The translations under genes and the position numbers were made by a program. Positions 22,802 through 36,489 of a DNA stretch of 45,872 bases are shown here, piece by piece. The DNA is from Octopus bimaculoides (Eukaryota): contig NC_068991.1 in the NCBI RefSeq assembly GCF_001194135.2, positions 50,161,734 through 50,207,605 on the forward strand, read 5' to 3'. Each line of letters begins with the position of its first letter. The first letter of the stretch is position 1. Below the pieces are notes generated by a model. It made no database searches. It saw nothing but the letters and a program-made list of their open reading frames with translations, and was not told the DNA's origin.

Positions 22802-22869
22802 TTCACCAGGAGCACAAAGTTTAATATATTATATTAAACTTTGTGCTCAAACTTTGTGCTCCTGGTGAA
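22802..22869. repeat. Perfect inverted repeat with a 13 bp tandem duplication
   Basis: GAGCACAAAGTTTAATAT-ATT-ATATTAAACTTTGTGCTC, then a second AAACTTTGTGCTC plus CTGGTGAA that pairs with TTCACCAG. Confidence 0.95.
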
Positions 22870-24449
22870 AAAGGTGAACCAGCGATGCTTGTAACAAAGT
22901 GGAAATCGTCTAATTAAATAAAGAATAGTATCTTGCTTCTCGGGATACGAGTCAGAATTGCAGCCAAAAAGAAAAGAAAAATATTTAACATGGCAGAAAA
23001 TGAACAAAATAAAGACATTTCAACAAGAATACCGCATAACAGACGGCAAACAACAACAGTAAACCTGCATGTACTTGCTAAAGGAAAGATTAGCAAACTT
23101 TACGAAAGTATGATCGTTGTTCGTGTGTGGAACAAACAAATCCTCGACGTGGAATATTTTGCTGAAAGAAATAAAGCATGGCAACATTATATTCACAAGG
23201 CAGACACCAGCCTTTTACAATCTATCAGCGAGCTGCGTGGGAAGAAAGTTACGGAAGCTTTCCTTGTTTAATTCAAGGAAAATTACAGACACGTTACGTG
23301 AAATCTGTTTTATTGAGAAACAGGAAGCATATGACATGATATACCTCATTAAAGTATTGTGTATATATTTTGGGAGTATTTTACTTCTGAAGATATTTGT
23401 CAAAAAGAATCGAAGAAAAATATCGTTTCTAACGAATATTTCTCACAGCAAATCTGCTTTTAGAGAGCGTTTGACTGAAGTATCAGGCTTGTGACTCATC
23501 ATGAAATCGAAGCTAAAGACAGCCCGATTGAATTGTTTGGAGTTCGGTAGTATTTTTCTGTAAAATGATCAATCTATTTTCTCCTTAAAATTTGAATTGA
23601 ATCATAAGTGGCATTTCTAATGACTATAACTTTGTTATGTCCTCCAAGCTGCGGATCCACCTCCAAATAAATACATTAAATCTAGTTTCAATAATCTTGT
23701 TGATTCAGCAATTTGTCAAATGTAATTTTACTGCTTGTAGATGCATTTATACAAAATTAGATTTTTTCAGTAATTGTCGAATTTTTTCCCATTTTTAAGA
23801 AAACATAACACATCTAAGCAAGACAATACCGATGCGTTCTTATTAACAATATGGATATAGTTTGTCTGTTACATTAAAGAAACACGAATGCTTTTAATAT
23901 TAATGTAGTCCTGACAGAAATTGACGATATACAATAGCTATTTTATTATAACTAAAATAGTTTTGTAATTCCGAGAAACTACTTATATTTTACAACATTC
24001 TATTCTCACAACCAAACTGATGTAAGGAATACTTAGATGTACATATGTTTCTATTTAGATCTACTTTCCAAGCAGGGTTACTCGCAATATATTTCATATT
24101 CCAATAACGTGTGGACATTTTTAGATACACTCGCACACGCACACACTCTTAAGTAATCACAGTATGGTTCGATAGAAAAGAAGTTTCCTGATTCGATGCT
24201 ATTGCGTGATATCTAGAGCAAAATCTGTGAACTCACAAATTCTGTGAGTGAAATTCAGTAAATGGAAGTGTATAGATTCTGTTCAGATTGATTGTCCATT
24301 TAGTTCAAAGATGCAGCTTTATCACATACTATGCTGCGTTGATTTCAATTGAGAATTATGTCGAGAGTACACGTGTCTAATACTCAGCTACTCGCAAACT
24401 CAATGGACTGCTGTTTCTATTGGTCGAACAACTTATCGTCGAAACTGAC

Positions 24450-24507
<58 letters not shown>

Positions 24508-25055
24508 NNNNNNNNNNNNNNNNNNNNNNNNNNNNNNNNNNNNNNNNNNNNNNNNNNNNNNNNNNNNNNNNNNNNNNNNNNNNNNNNNNNNNNNNNNNNN
24601 NNNNNNNNNNNNNNNNNNNNNNNNNNNNNNNNNNNNNNNNNNNNNNNNNNNNNNNNNNNNNNNNNNNNNNNNNNNNNNNNNNNNNNNNNNNNNNNNNNNN
24701 NNNNNNNNNNNNNNNNNNNNNNNNNNNNNNNNNNNNNNNNNNNNNNNNNNNNNNNNNNNNNNNNNNNNNNNNNNNNNNNNNNNNNNNNNNNNNNNNNNNN
24801 NNNNNNNNNNNNNNNNNNNNNNNNNNNNNNNNNNNNNNNNNNNNNNNNNNNNNNNNNNNNNNNNNNNNNNNNNNNNNNNNNNNNNNNNNNNNNNNNNNNN
24901 NNNNNNNNNNNNNNNNNNNNNNNNNNNNNNNNNNNNNNNNNNNNNNNNNNNNNNNNNNNNNNNNNNNNNNNNNNNNNNNNNNNNNNNNNNNNNNNNNNNN
25001 NNNNNNNNNNNNNNNNNNNNNNNNNNNNNNNNNNNNNNNNNNNNNNNNNNNNNNN
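24508..25055. other. Assembly gap
   Basis: N run between (CA)n and (TA)n. Confidence 1.
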
Positions 25056-25928
25056 TATATATATATATATGATTCTGAAGTGAGTTGACTAACTTGAAAT
25101 ACTTGTTCAAGCGTGGGGCTCATATTGAAATAATAAAAACATTACGTTTCAAATTGTAGTGAATAGTTTATGGGATAGTAGTATTCTGTTCCTTCGATTA
25201 GAATAATGTACACTCACAGCCATAAATACACACACACTGCAAACGTATACAGACACAAGCACACAATCCAGTACATTATTTTAATAATAGTTTTTTTTTT
25301 ATTTCAATTATCAGCCATACTCAGCTGAAGACGTTAGTGACGGCGTAACTCATATCCGTAGATTAAGAAAAGTAAGAAAAATGTTTGTTTTGGATTACAC
25401 TGTGTTAGAAAGGAAACGACTACTATTCCCTTCAAACTTTGCTTTTGTCATCTGAACATCAATGTTTTGAAACTGACCTTATTTTCCATTACAGGTTCAG
25501 CACTGAGTTGCTGAAGCAGAAATATTGTTATAGCAAATATTCTGCTCAATACCACAGATTTGTTGTCATCTGCTTGACCATAACCATCTGAGCATCTCGT
25601 TTAGCGGCTGAAAATATGTGCATCTCTGATCATGAGCAGGAGTAATGTTGGAGGTATCATAACCATATATTGAGAGGGATTATTTGGGGTTTGAATAAAT
25701 GTAAGAAAAGCTAAGTTTGAAGGAAATTTTAGCCATTTTCCATACTTTCTAGGGGTAAGCAAATAGGGAATAACAGTTGCTATCCAAGGACACAGTGTTA
25801 TTGAAAAAGAAATAAACAAAAATTTTGAATGTGTGATTGTCCTTATCAGCAGAAGTCACTGTTTTAATACATAATCGTGTCCAGTAAAGTTATTCACAAC
25901 AAGCAGTGTTACAGAATTACTATTCTCC

Positions 25929-26020
25929 TCTGAGTTCAAATTCCGCCGAGGTCGACTTTACCAGCTGCGTACTGAGGTCGATCTAATTTTGGACCTTGTG
26001 CCTAGAGAAGAAAAGAATTA
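25929..26020 (+). mobile_element. SINE family A, internally deleted
   Basis: TCTGAGTTCAAATTCCGCCGAGGTCGACTTT..GAGGTCGAT..CCTTGTGCCTAGAG. Confidence 0.75.
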
Positions 26021-26799
26021 CTATTCTCTTGACATTCAAATATCATATTTATAATGTGATTCGAATATTAGTGTGATGTTTGGATGATCATATCTATAAA
26101 AAAGACTATTTCAAAAATATTTACTTATTTTCAGTTATCACCTGACGGCTTTAAACTAAAGTGGATTCTTTTACAGTGATATTCATGGAATAGTTTAAAC
26201 CTTTGATCCTCTCTGGTAGCTGCAAACTCTCTGAAGTATCATGTCATTCTGGCACCATTGAAGAGTTTGACTTCAAGAACTGCATTTAGTGAAAGCCATT
26301 GGATTTTCACTGGCAACCAACCGATATAGACAAGATAACCAATTCTAATATTTCATTCACAAGATTTCAGCCTATTCCAATGATCTGTAAAAAATGCGTT
26401 TATCTTTTCATTATACATAATTAAAGTTATATTATGTATCATGCTCTACTCAGATTTAACAGAATATGGATTTAATTTCGTATTGTGTATGATTTACGAC
26501 CGGAAAATAATATTATATGGCTTCGTTATGTCTTATATTTTAAAGCTTGTCTGCAATAGACGGATATAATCGGAATTAGAGATAGAAAAATGTTGAGTCA
26601 TTAGAGCAATGGTAGCCTCTTAATCTGTTATAAATTCTATTTATCATCTTACAAGTTTCTCAATCTTGCTCTGAGTTAGTGAACAGATCTGTCAAATTTG
26701 GTGTGCCATAAGAATTTATTCACGGACCACTCTAAATCCTTCAAGTAGGTAATTAGCCACTTTAGTTAAGGAACTATCCAATTAATACTGTTTACTAAC

Positions 26800-26940
26800 T
26801 TTGACACAAAGCCAAAATTATGTAGAGGAATGATATAGTTCATTGCATTGTATTCAATATATTGCTCATGCTTATTTTGTCAACTCTCGGAAAATGAGAA
26901 GTGAAGTCGACTGCAGAAAGATTTAATCCTGAAACCCACA
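26800..26940 (-). mobile_element. SINE family A, old degenerate copy
   Basis: TTTGACACAAAGCC..GAAGTGAAGTCGACTGCAGAAAGATTTAATC. Confidence 0.5.
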
Positions 26941-27721
26941 AACCCACACAACCGTGTTTAAATACTAAAAAACCATTACTTCGTCACTTTACTGTTTCTG
27001 CGACTATATTGTGCTTCTCTTCTTATATATTTGAAAGCATAAAGACAGAGTAACTATGATACAATCTCTGCACCATTGACGAAATGTTAATAGCATAACA
27101 TAAAATACAGCAGAGCTGAACGATTCTTTATTTTTCCTACAAGTTAATCCCAAACTAGCGAAGGCTAAATTATGTATTTTGTCGTTCCTATTGGGACGAG
27201 TTTGAACTGGAATATATGATTATCAGTTATCTTTCCTTTAATCTTCCAAGCTCAATTATTACGTGACTGCAAATATCATATCATATCTGTATGTTATGTT
27301 ATATTTGATCTACTTATATCTTCATGCCTGTTATTGTGTAACAAAACTGGAAATATACTTTTAAAAGCCTGGCATTAACAACATCGATTGTTTCTCTGTG
27401 ATATTAATGAAATTTCCAAAGCATTCTCTGATTTTGTAAAATTCCCAAATGTGCTACACGAGAAAATACTTTTAAAAACACTGAAATACTTTTATCTCCC
27501 AACAAATGAAATAGTCATAGTTCCTAGCTAGTGACGTAAGAAATACAGATCCTCAGATCTTGACGATCTATCCACCATTAAGTGTAGCAAGGGTCGTTGA
27601 AGTTAATGGCCAGATTTGTCGAGTGAAAGGAATGCACAACTTTTAAACTCTTTTCCCAGTTTCAAATCGAAAATATTTAAGTTCACATGTAACATTTTGT
27701 ATATTTTTGTCTTCTATTGAG

Positions 27722-27749
27722 AGATGATGATGATGATGATGATGATGAA

Positions 27750-27800
<51 letters not shown>

Positions 27801-27920
27801 AATGATGACGAACATTATCATCATTATCACCACCACCACCACAAACGCCGCCGCTGCCACCACCACCACCACCACCACCACCACCACAACCACCACCATC
27901 ATCATCATCATCATCATCCA
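27722..27920. repeat. Compound trinucleotide repeat (GAT)n/(CAC)n/(CAT)n
   Basis: Directly visible. Confidence 0.95.
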
Positions 27921-29270
27921 GTCTGTTTAAAGCATTCGGATCAGGTAACCGGTCTGAGAAGAACTTCTTCCTTCTCTTCCACCACTGAAAGAGTCCCTGA
28001 AAAGGTCGTGGCTGTTGGCCTTTCACCACGAAGCAAAGGGAATGAAAATAAACAAAAAGGAAGCAAAATTCAATCTCTTCTAAATAACAAATTAAAAACT
28101 TATTAATTTTCAATATCAAATATATGTTTAACAAAAGAGCTGAATCCTCTTCGCGATGTATCTCATTTCTAGCATGTCCACTGTCCTAAGCTAGGTCCTA
28201 TGGTGATAGATCTCAAGAAGGGTGGCATATTACTTGCGAACGTTTTTTGCTTTCTTTTTATATTTTATTTTTCACTAATATCAACATTATTAACACAAAA
28301 AGGATGTGAATGCATTTCACAGGTGTGTTGTTATTTTATATCATAATTAAGTTTGGGTTAACATCCTTTATTCTGAGCCTTCCTCATCCCCCAAGGTTAA
28401 TCAATTAAAACGACAACCATAAGGAAGGAAAATTAATTAGTGCTTGATGAAAACCTGAAATTTAAATTAATTAAAAATAAAATGATGATATCCAGTCAAG
28501 AGTGTGTTTGTGATTTGATAATATAAATACTGTCATTTTAAGATTTGGTAAGCATTTGTTAGGCTTTGACTTGCTGGGGAAATCTAATAGGATGGAAAAT
28601 GTCCTGAATTGGTACCATACTTACTAAAGACCAAACCAACTCTGTATAGTGTACCTTCATTCAATTTTTAATCAATTTGAATTGCAGAGTCATCTCACTT
28701 GACTAATTCGACAAGAATGGTCATTAACGGTATAAATTCATTTCATTAAAATTCTTTTCGGTTCGCAGCATGACGCATGTTAGCTTACATTTAATTTCGT
28801 ATATCTCATACAGAAGATATTTCTGAGAAATATTTCACTGTCATTATGTTGCAAGAGATAAATTTCCTCTTTTACTTCTGGAATGTTTGAAAACAAATAT
28901 TCTTCAAAGCAAAACTAAATATAAATCTGAGTAGACGTAAAACCAAAGACATTCAAGGCATGACCATCCCGCTATTGTTTTAAATATAATCTATTCAGAA
29001 GTACATTATCCTGTATACACACAGATTTCAATATGTGACCGCATGTGTAGCGTAGGCGATTTTCTTTCTTCGTCTTTCCTTCTTTGGACTTTTTCTATAT
29101 TTCTAATGAAGAGTTCTGCTCGAAACGTGAAATCCTCTTTCTTTTCTTCCCTTTCCTGAGCGTCCAATAACACAGTACTTGTACCACGTCCTCGCGTTGT
29201 TGTTTTTTCTTGCATGTTCTTGTTTGGATTGACTACATACATACATATATAATACATACATACATGCATA

Positions 29271-29311
<41 letters not shown>

Positions 29312-30099
29312 GTATATATATGTATATATACATAAATACACACACACATACACACACACACACAACACACAACACACATACACACACGTTACTTCATCTT
29401 TAAGTCAATAGATAGTGACTTGAGGGCGATTGGCTGCTATCTATTTCAGGTAGAGAAATCATGTGCAGGTTTCCTCCTTTTTCTCCTATAAACATTTATG
29501 GTTAATTTAGGAGAAGAAAAAAAAGCAAGATAGATAGTAATGGTAGAAGAATGTTGCCCATTCATACTTAATATGATACAATTTACGAACTTCTTTGGTA
29601 CTTTTAGATCAAGTTATATATGGAGCATATACTACACTTATGGTATTTTCTAGAGTGGCGCTAATGTCTGTGTCACCAAAATATCTGCAAAGAAAGAATA
29701 TTAATTAAATAATATTAAATATTAAGAATATTAATTATTGAATTTTTGCTTTAGAATACCATGCCTGATAGGAAAATTGTTTACAGGGTGCATCATGTAA
29801 CTGTTTATGTAGTTCGTAAAATGTATTTCATAAAATGAACTCTCTCACCCAAATTTCGTTATTGAAACTAGATGCTGATTCCATTTTAAGGTAAAGGTTG
29901 CAATGCTAAGGAGGGAGTCTTGTTATATATAAAGAAGCAGCAGCTGAGAAATAAAGCTGTCTTTTGACTAAATACAAAATCCATCAAGTTCTATTCGAAA
30001 ATTAGAAAGGATAAAAGAACCCGCCGCCACAAAAAAATAGGCTGTGTAAAACTTGGCATAGGGTTACGATATAGCAGCCTTTACAATAATTCTTTCTAC

Positions 30100-30338
30100 T
30101 AGAAGCACAAAGCCTTATATTTGGGGTAAGGGATTAAGTTGATTACATTGACCCCAGTGCGTAACTGGGGTGAATTTAATCGTTATTTAATCGATTTCGG
30201 GATTATTTAATCGATAATCGAATAAGGATGAAAGGCAAAGTCGATTACGGCGGAGTTTGAACCCACAACGTAGCGACAGACGAAATGCCGCTAAGCATTT
30301 CGCCGGGCGTGCTAACGATTCTGCCAGTTCGCTGCCTT
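30100..30338 (-). mobile_element. SINE family A with internal TTATTTAATCG duplications
   Basis: Reverse-strand head GGCAGCGAACTGGCAGAATCGTTAGCACGCCCGG, B box GGGTTCAAACTCC. Confidence 0.85.
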
Positions 30339-30769
30339 AGCCTCTACAATAATTAAACATACTCCTTATGTATGTCAACCAGGAAATTGGTTTTAGTATT
30401 AAGTTACCTTTCTCTTAGAAATAAAAAAAAAACTGTCAGATTTACTGCTAAAGTTTTGAGGATGTACTGTCTATATGAACACACTAAAATTTCGCTGATC
30501 CAGTGCAGTAAAATCCCAATATAATTGATAGCTAAACAACCAATGATAAGATGAATTGAGAAATAAATGAAATTCTTTGACTCTACTTTACGAAGCAAGA
30601 TGTGCAAATAAATAACTAAAAAGAATAGGAATTGAAGCTGTGAATTGAAAATAAAGGAACAAATATAAACGATTGAAGATTCAGTTTAAATTCCACTTCG
30701 AGTACATCAGCACTGATTAATCTTCATTTACGATATAAAGTTGAAGCTCACAAGTGGTGTTTCTATATT

Positions 30770-30983
30770 CTTTTCTACTCTAGGCTCAAAGCCAGAAATT
30801 TGTGGGGAGGGAGCCAGTCGATGAGATCAACCCCAGTACGCAACTGGTACTTAATTTATCGAACCCGAAAGGATGAAAGGCAGAATTGACGTCTGCGGAA
30901 TTTGAACTCAGAACATAAAGACAGACGAAATACCGCTAAACATTTCACCCGGTGTGCTAACGTCTCTGCTAGCTCACCGCCTT
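30770..30983 (-). mobile_element. SINE family A with 17 bp TSD
   Basis: TSD AGTGGTGTTTCTATATT (30753-69) / AGTAGTGTTTCTATATT (30984-31000). Confidence 0.9.
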
Positions 30984-31012
30984 AGTAGTGTTTCTATATT
31001 ATAAAACTGATT

Positions 31013-31220
31013 AAGGCAGCGAGCAGGCAGAATCGTTAGTACACCAGGTAAAATGCTTAGTGGTATTTCGCCCATCGTTACGTTCTGAGTTCAAATTCCG
31101 CCGAGGTCAAATTTGCTTTTCATCCTTTCGGGGTCGACAAATTAAGTACCTGGAGGTCGATGTAATCGATTTACTCACTCCCTAGAAACTGCTGGCCTTG
31201 TGCCAAAAATTGAAACATAT
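31013..31220 (+). mobile_element. SINE family A
   Basis: AAGGCAGCGAGCAGGCAGAATCGTTAG..GAGTTCAAATTCCGCCGAGG..GGCCTTGTGCCAAAAATTGAAAC. Confidence 0.9.
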
Positions 31221-34200
31221 GAAGCTGATTAGAAAATAGTATCAAAACAGATGGCTGGAAGGCCCTGAGTTAAGAAACAAGACAAAGTGTACACATTTGT
31301 ACTGTGTGAAAAGCTATTATTTCTGTGCCTACAACAACGATAATTCTTTCTGAAACATCTAACCAAATAATTGGTCAATTGAATACAAAATATTAATGAT
31401 GGTACAGTAAAGTTTAACAGGTGAAATAAGACACTAAACAATCTCAAAGTCACCGAAAATGTAAAAGAAATCAATAGCTTCCACAATACTGTACTTTTTA
31501 TAAAGTTGCAGTGACGAGATAAAAAATGTTGACATATCGCCCTGCAGACTACTACCCTATCGATTTGGTCAGCTGTGCGTCTTTAGGCAAACACATATTC
31601 TCTCAAATCGATTTCTTATATGTAATGCAACGGATACAATTTAACATTAATTATGGTTTCAACCAAATTCGGTTTCCATTGAGACTCAAGACCATCTCGC
31701 GAACTCTCCACCATTCATTCTAATTGCGAATGCTGTGAACTGTCTTTCTAGACATTGTTTCAATATATTCTACACCTTTGTGTAATATCAATAATAGAAC
31801 ACTGATTTTCATTGGATTCTAATTACATTTTCTTTTCAATGAAAAGTGATTTATTGATAAGATTAATAACATTTTATTTGGTGGGGAGAGGTCAGAGGAA
31901 AATTTATCCAACTCCTCGTGTTTTTCAGTTCAACATTATTAGTTTCAGATAGCAAAGTTAATTGAAGCAATATTTATCACATATTTCTCTCTTTAGTTCT
32001 TTCTCCTTCTTTCAACCTTTCTCTTTCTTTCAGTCTTTCGCTTTCTCTTTCAGTTTCGCTTTCTCTTCCTGTCTCTTTTCATCTCCCTCCCTCTCTTTAG
32101 TTTTCTGTTTCTCTATTGTTCTAATAAAATATAAAATTAACTAACCTTACTCCTTCGTTCCTCTCTCTTTCACTTATTCTTTCTCTCAAAAATATATTTA
32201 CATATACTCATATTCCCTCACTATCTCTCTCGTTCACTTTATATGTTACTTTCGTTGCTGTTTTTGTTTAGCTCCAGATCAATTGTATTGAAGAAACACT
32301 AAGACCAAAAAGCGTTTCCATCCGTGATCATCCCTTCTTTTTACTGGGTTATAGTGTATCAAAGGCTTATTATTCAAGAAGTTAGGACGTTATTTGACGG
32401 AGATTTATCTATTATCACTCGTAGGTTGAGCACAATGCTGCATTGTCAAGCGTTTTGCACGCTTTCTCTTTCCAGTCTCATGTCTTTCTGTATGTCTGTA
32501 GATATCGGCGATGGTCACAACATGATTCTTGATAAGGTGAACCATGTCTGAACGTAAGAGCTACTGCCCCTCTGTAATTTTTATTATTGCTACTGTATAT
32601 CCCAGCACAGTGTTTGTGGTGAATGATGTTATTGCTGCAGCAGAAGCTGCTACTGCTGCTGTCTTTCTGGGCATTTACTGATTATGAGATAGAAAGTGTT
32701 CTTTGGATGATGGTGTTCGGGATTAGCAGAAGCGTGTAAGAAATACCGGAGTTATTTATTTGAACGGAAGATCCTATGCACCCAGACAATACTGTATCTA
32801 CGTTTCTTACATAGTCTTTAGTCTTGGCATACTTTACAATTGTGTTCAAATACAGATTTTTAAAAATAAAGTTTCAGAATGAGCTGCAAACTTCGTAAAG
32901 GAAGAAAGGTAAGACAAAAAGAGGAAGTTAGAATTTGGGTGAGGCATAGGGAGTATTAAGATATAGAGTTGAAAAGCTGGCTATAATGAAGATGTCTTAA
33001 AATAAGATGGACGGTGCCATGAAAAATTACTGGTTTTGTGATTATGACATGAAAAGAGCAACCAAACATTGAAAACTGTTGATGAGTAATGAATTTCTGA
33101 GAATGGATAGTTTTTGCTTTATTGAGAATATAATATTTAAAGTTTGAGGACTCCATTCAGAAATTTGATAGATTTTGGAAATGAAAATGTTCATGTAAAT
33201 TCTACAGAGTAATTATAACGTGTGTACTTTTGATTCCCAAAGTTGCCAATTTTCGATATTCTATTGGAAAAGTGGACAGCAAGAAAGAAAAGGAATCTAA
33301 AAATAACATGATAGGATATTGCAGTTTGAGGTTGGGGAAAAGAGGAGATTGGTTGATGCTCCTGGTTCGTAAAAAAAAACGTTTTTAATGATTGAAAATG
33401 GAATGAAGGGATACAATTAGTTCACGGAGAATTACTAATGATAAAGGTTTCGAATTATATATTCCATACAAAGATCGTTTCTTTTAGATTTTGGCTAGTA
33501 CACTATATTTCATTTTTCCTTCATTCTTCGGAATTTTAGTTATAGTGACTGATAGCTATATGAAGGTTACATTCGCTATATTAATATACATTAATATACA
33601 TTGCATGATACTACATCTCGTTAAGAACAACTTTGTATAACATTGCAATCACAATGTCCTTTTCTTTATTCATAACGTAGCGGTTATTGTTGTATGAAAT
33701 GTATTAAAGGAACAAGAGAAAGAATATTGAAAATAATAACTTCTTCATTCTAAACAGAGATCTAATTATATATTAACTCTGGGGCAAGGCTACATTTTTG
33801 TGAGCGCTGATGTTCTTAAATCGACTACTGGAGATTAAAATCAAAGTGACGTGTGTGATTTGAGCGCAAAACGTCATTGAGCATAACTAAATGGTGCGAG
33901 GCATTTATTTTGTCACATTTATGTATTTGTTTTGCAAGATTCTTTATCATTATTATTTTAGTTTCTTTGTCAAAGTTCTTTCGTCACACATCTTGTGACC
34001 TCTTCAGCGGCTCTCTATCCCACATGTCTCCTATAGTTCTACTTATTCCATTCTGTCCATTTTATCCTCAAGTATATTTATGCAGTCATTGTAATGAAAT
34101 AAAAACAGCTATACATAACTTACTGATATTGTTAACTATCTGCCGTTTTGATTTTATAACGTTATAATATTTGGAAACGAATGGTTTACTTTCATCAAAA

Positions 34201-34810
34201 CATTTACAAAAATATGTTAAAATATAAACAGAAATCAGCTTTGCTATATCTACATCGACAGGTGAGACAATCTTATTCACAAAAGAATCAATTGTGTGAA
34301 GTAAGAAAATTCCTAAGACAAATCAATTAGTCAATTATTATAACAATGGTCCCAAAGATTTTAATGTTACTCAACGTCTTTATTATCTTCTGTCTTCCAT
34401 TTCCGGTTCATATTTTCTTTTCATATTCTTATTTATCAATTTAATAATTTATGCGCCTTGCTTCGTAAACCAGATTCAGAGAACTTCATAAATTCTGCAA
34501 TTCTTCTTATCTTCCGACTTTGACTTTCATTATACACAAAGGCCTATTCTGAACAGCATTTGTTCTATCTTGTGATTTTGTAGCTATATTCCGTGTATTG
34601 TAAAGGATTTATATCTGAACTAATATAACTTAAAACGCACATCAAGGAATTAAATCCATCCAAAGCTTTCCCATCGGTTTTCACGTTGAACGCTGACACA
34701 GATTAATATTCTGACGTCACGTGGATTATGTAGACCAAATCTAATAAATAACCTGGTGTAATACGAACAACATTTATAAGAAGAAAAATAGCATATGCAC
34801 ATTCATTGGG

Positions 34811-34920
34811 ATATTACATATATTTTTATGATATTTTCTTGATATTCTTATAATTTTATGATATTCTCTTGATATTCACATAGTTTTATGATATTTTCTT
34901 GATATACATATAGTTTTATA
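34811..34920. repeat. 30 bp AT-rich minisatellite, ~3.7 copies
   Basis: ATATTTTCTTGATATTC.CATA.TTTTATG with a 30 bp period. Confidence 0.9.
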
Positions 34921-36254
34921 GTTGTAACTATTATATAATGTTTTTGGCATTGCAATAGGGCTTTACATTAGGAAGAGTTTGCCAAGTAAGGCTAATACAC
35001 TGTACACTTTCTGCAATATTTAAAAAAATGTAAAAATAAATATAAAGGAAGATAAAGACGATTTTTCAATCAGAGGAACAAGAAAGAAAGCGATGGATTA
35101 TCAGAAACTGTAAATCACCCGATAATACCTTGTGATATTTATTACATCCCTTTACGATATGAGTTTAAATCCCACGTAGATAACTTTATATTTCGTACTT
35201 TCAGAATGAAATAAAATAATTATTGGAGTCGATTTAGTCGGCTGCTTATCCCACGGAATGCGTGGCCATGCACGAACGTTAGAATTTATATCAACTATTG
35301 ATGGCGGAACTTTTTAGCTCAGCATGTCGAAATCTTAACCTCTTTAATTATCCAGTTATTTGAAGTTTCACTTAGATGAATACGTGCATTTTAATTTTAT
35401 TAAAATGCTCATAGAGAAGCTTATATTATTACAGGGAATTGTTTTTTTTTTCAAAGTCCGTCGTATGTCACCTAAAATCTGCAGCATGTAACTGTTGAGA
35501 CGAGTGTCATACACTCAACTTCGTTAATATATAGCAATCACCTGATGAAGTGTCAACGCATCTTCAGCTAAATAGTCGAGTAAATGTAATTAGATACCAA
35601 ACGGTTATTGTTAAATGTTCCCCTCTCAGTATACTCCTTGTACTATGCCCACAGGCGTTCGTAATGATAGACTCTCTAGAATCTCCTATTTAAGCAAGTA
35701 ATTAGATCAGTCTTTCTGTTAGTGGAAACTAAGACGATCCAGTATCTTATCTAACTTTCTGTTTTCTAATAGTCACCAAGTTTCAGTTTTCCAATTGTCT
35801 CTTCTCATGCTAATCTAAGAAAATTTTGGTATTTGTTGTTCTGTATAAAATATCTTTAGCATTCGTCTAAGGAACTACAGCTCTGCGGCATTGATAAGTC
35901 CTTTGCTTTTGTTTACTGACGTTTTACGTTGCACATGCTTAGCTAAGAATGAGTTCCATGTCTGCCTCAAGGATACTTCTCCCCACTTTTGTTGATAGCC
36001 ATTTATCTCACAAAAAATATTTAATCTCAACATCAGTAACCTTTATTTGTCCAATCTTTGACTTAATTTCTCTGATGCCTTCCCCTGGCCCTTTGATGTT
36101 TTCTTGGTTCCTAAGTATTTAAACCAATCAACTTGTAAATTCCATTAATTTTTATGTTGTAAATTAATGTTTTTCTTTTCTTTGAGATGATCATTATCCA
36201 TGTTTTTTGTTCCTGTTATGAATTAGACCAGCTTTTCACTTCCTTCATTAATAT

Positions 36255-36445
36255 TGATTTCAAATTTTGGCACAAGGTCAGCAATTCCTGGTAAATGGGT
36301 AACTCTATTACATCGACCCTTCTGATTGACAAGTACTTATTTTGCCGACCACGGCAATATTTGAACTCAGAACGTAAAGACGGACGAAATGCCGCTTAGC
36401 ATTTTTTCTCTGCGTGCGAACGACTCTACCAGCTCGCTGCCTTAT
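36255..36445 (-). mobile_element. SINE family A inserted in the RTE remnant
   Basis: Reverse-strand AAGGCAGCGAGCTGGTAGAGTCGTT..GAGTTCAAAT..CTTGTGCCAAAATTT. Confidence 0.8.
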
Positions 36446-36489
36446 TTCCATCATTAATATTTCCAACTAAAGTTTGCGGATCTTTTTCC

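Noticed and set aside
27643-28134. Poly-Asp/His/Gly ORFs resembling transcription factor low-complexity tracts
   Set aside because: Pure trinucleotide repeats open in several frames on both strands with no flanking domain
35547-35575. CTGATGAAG..CTTCAG
   Set aside because: No GAAA strand, so not a hammerhead
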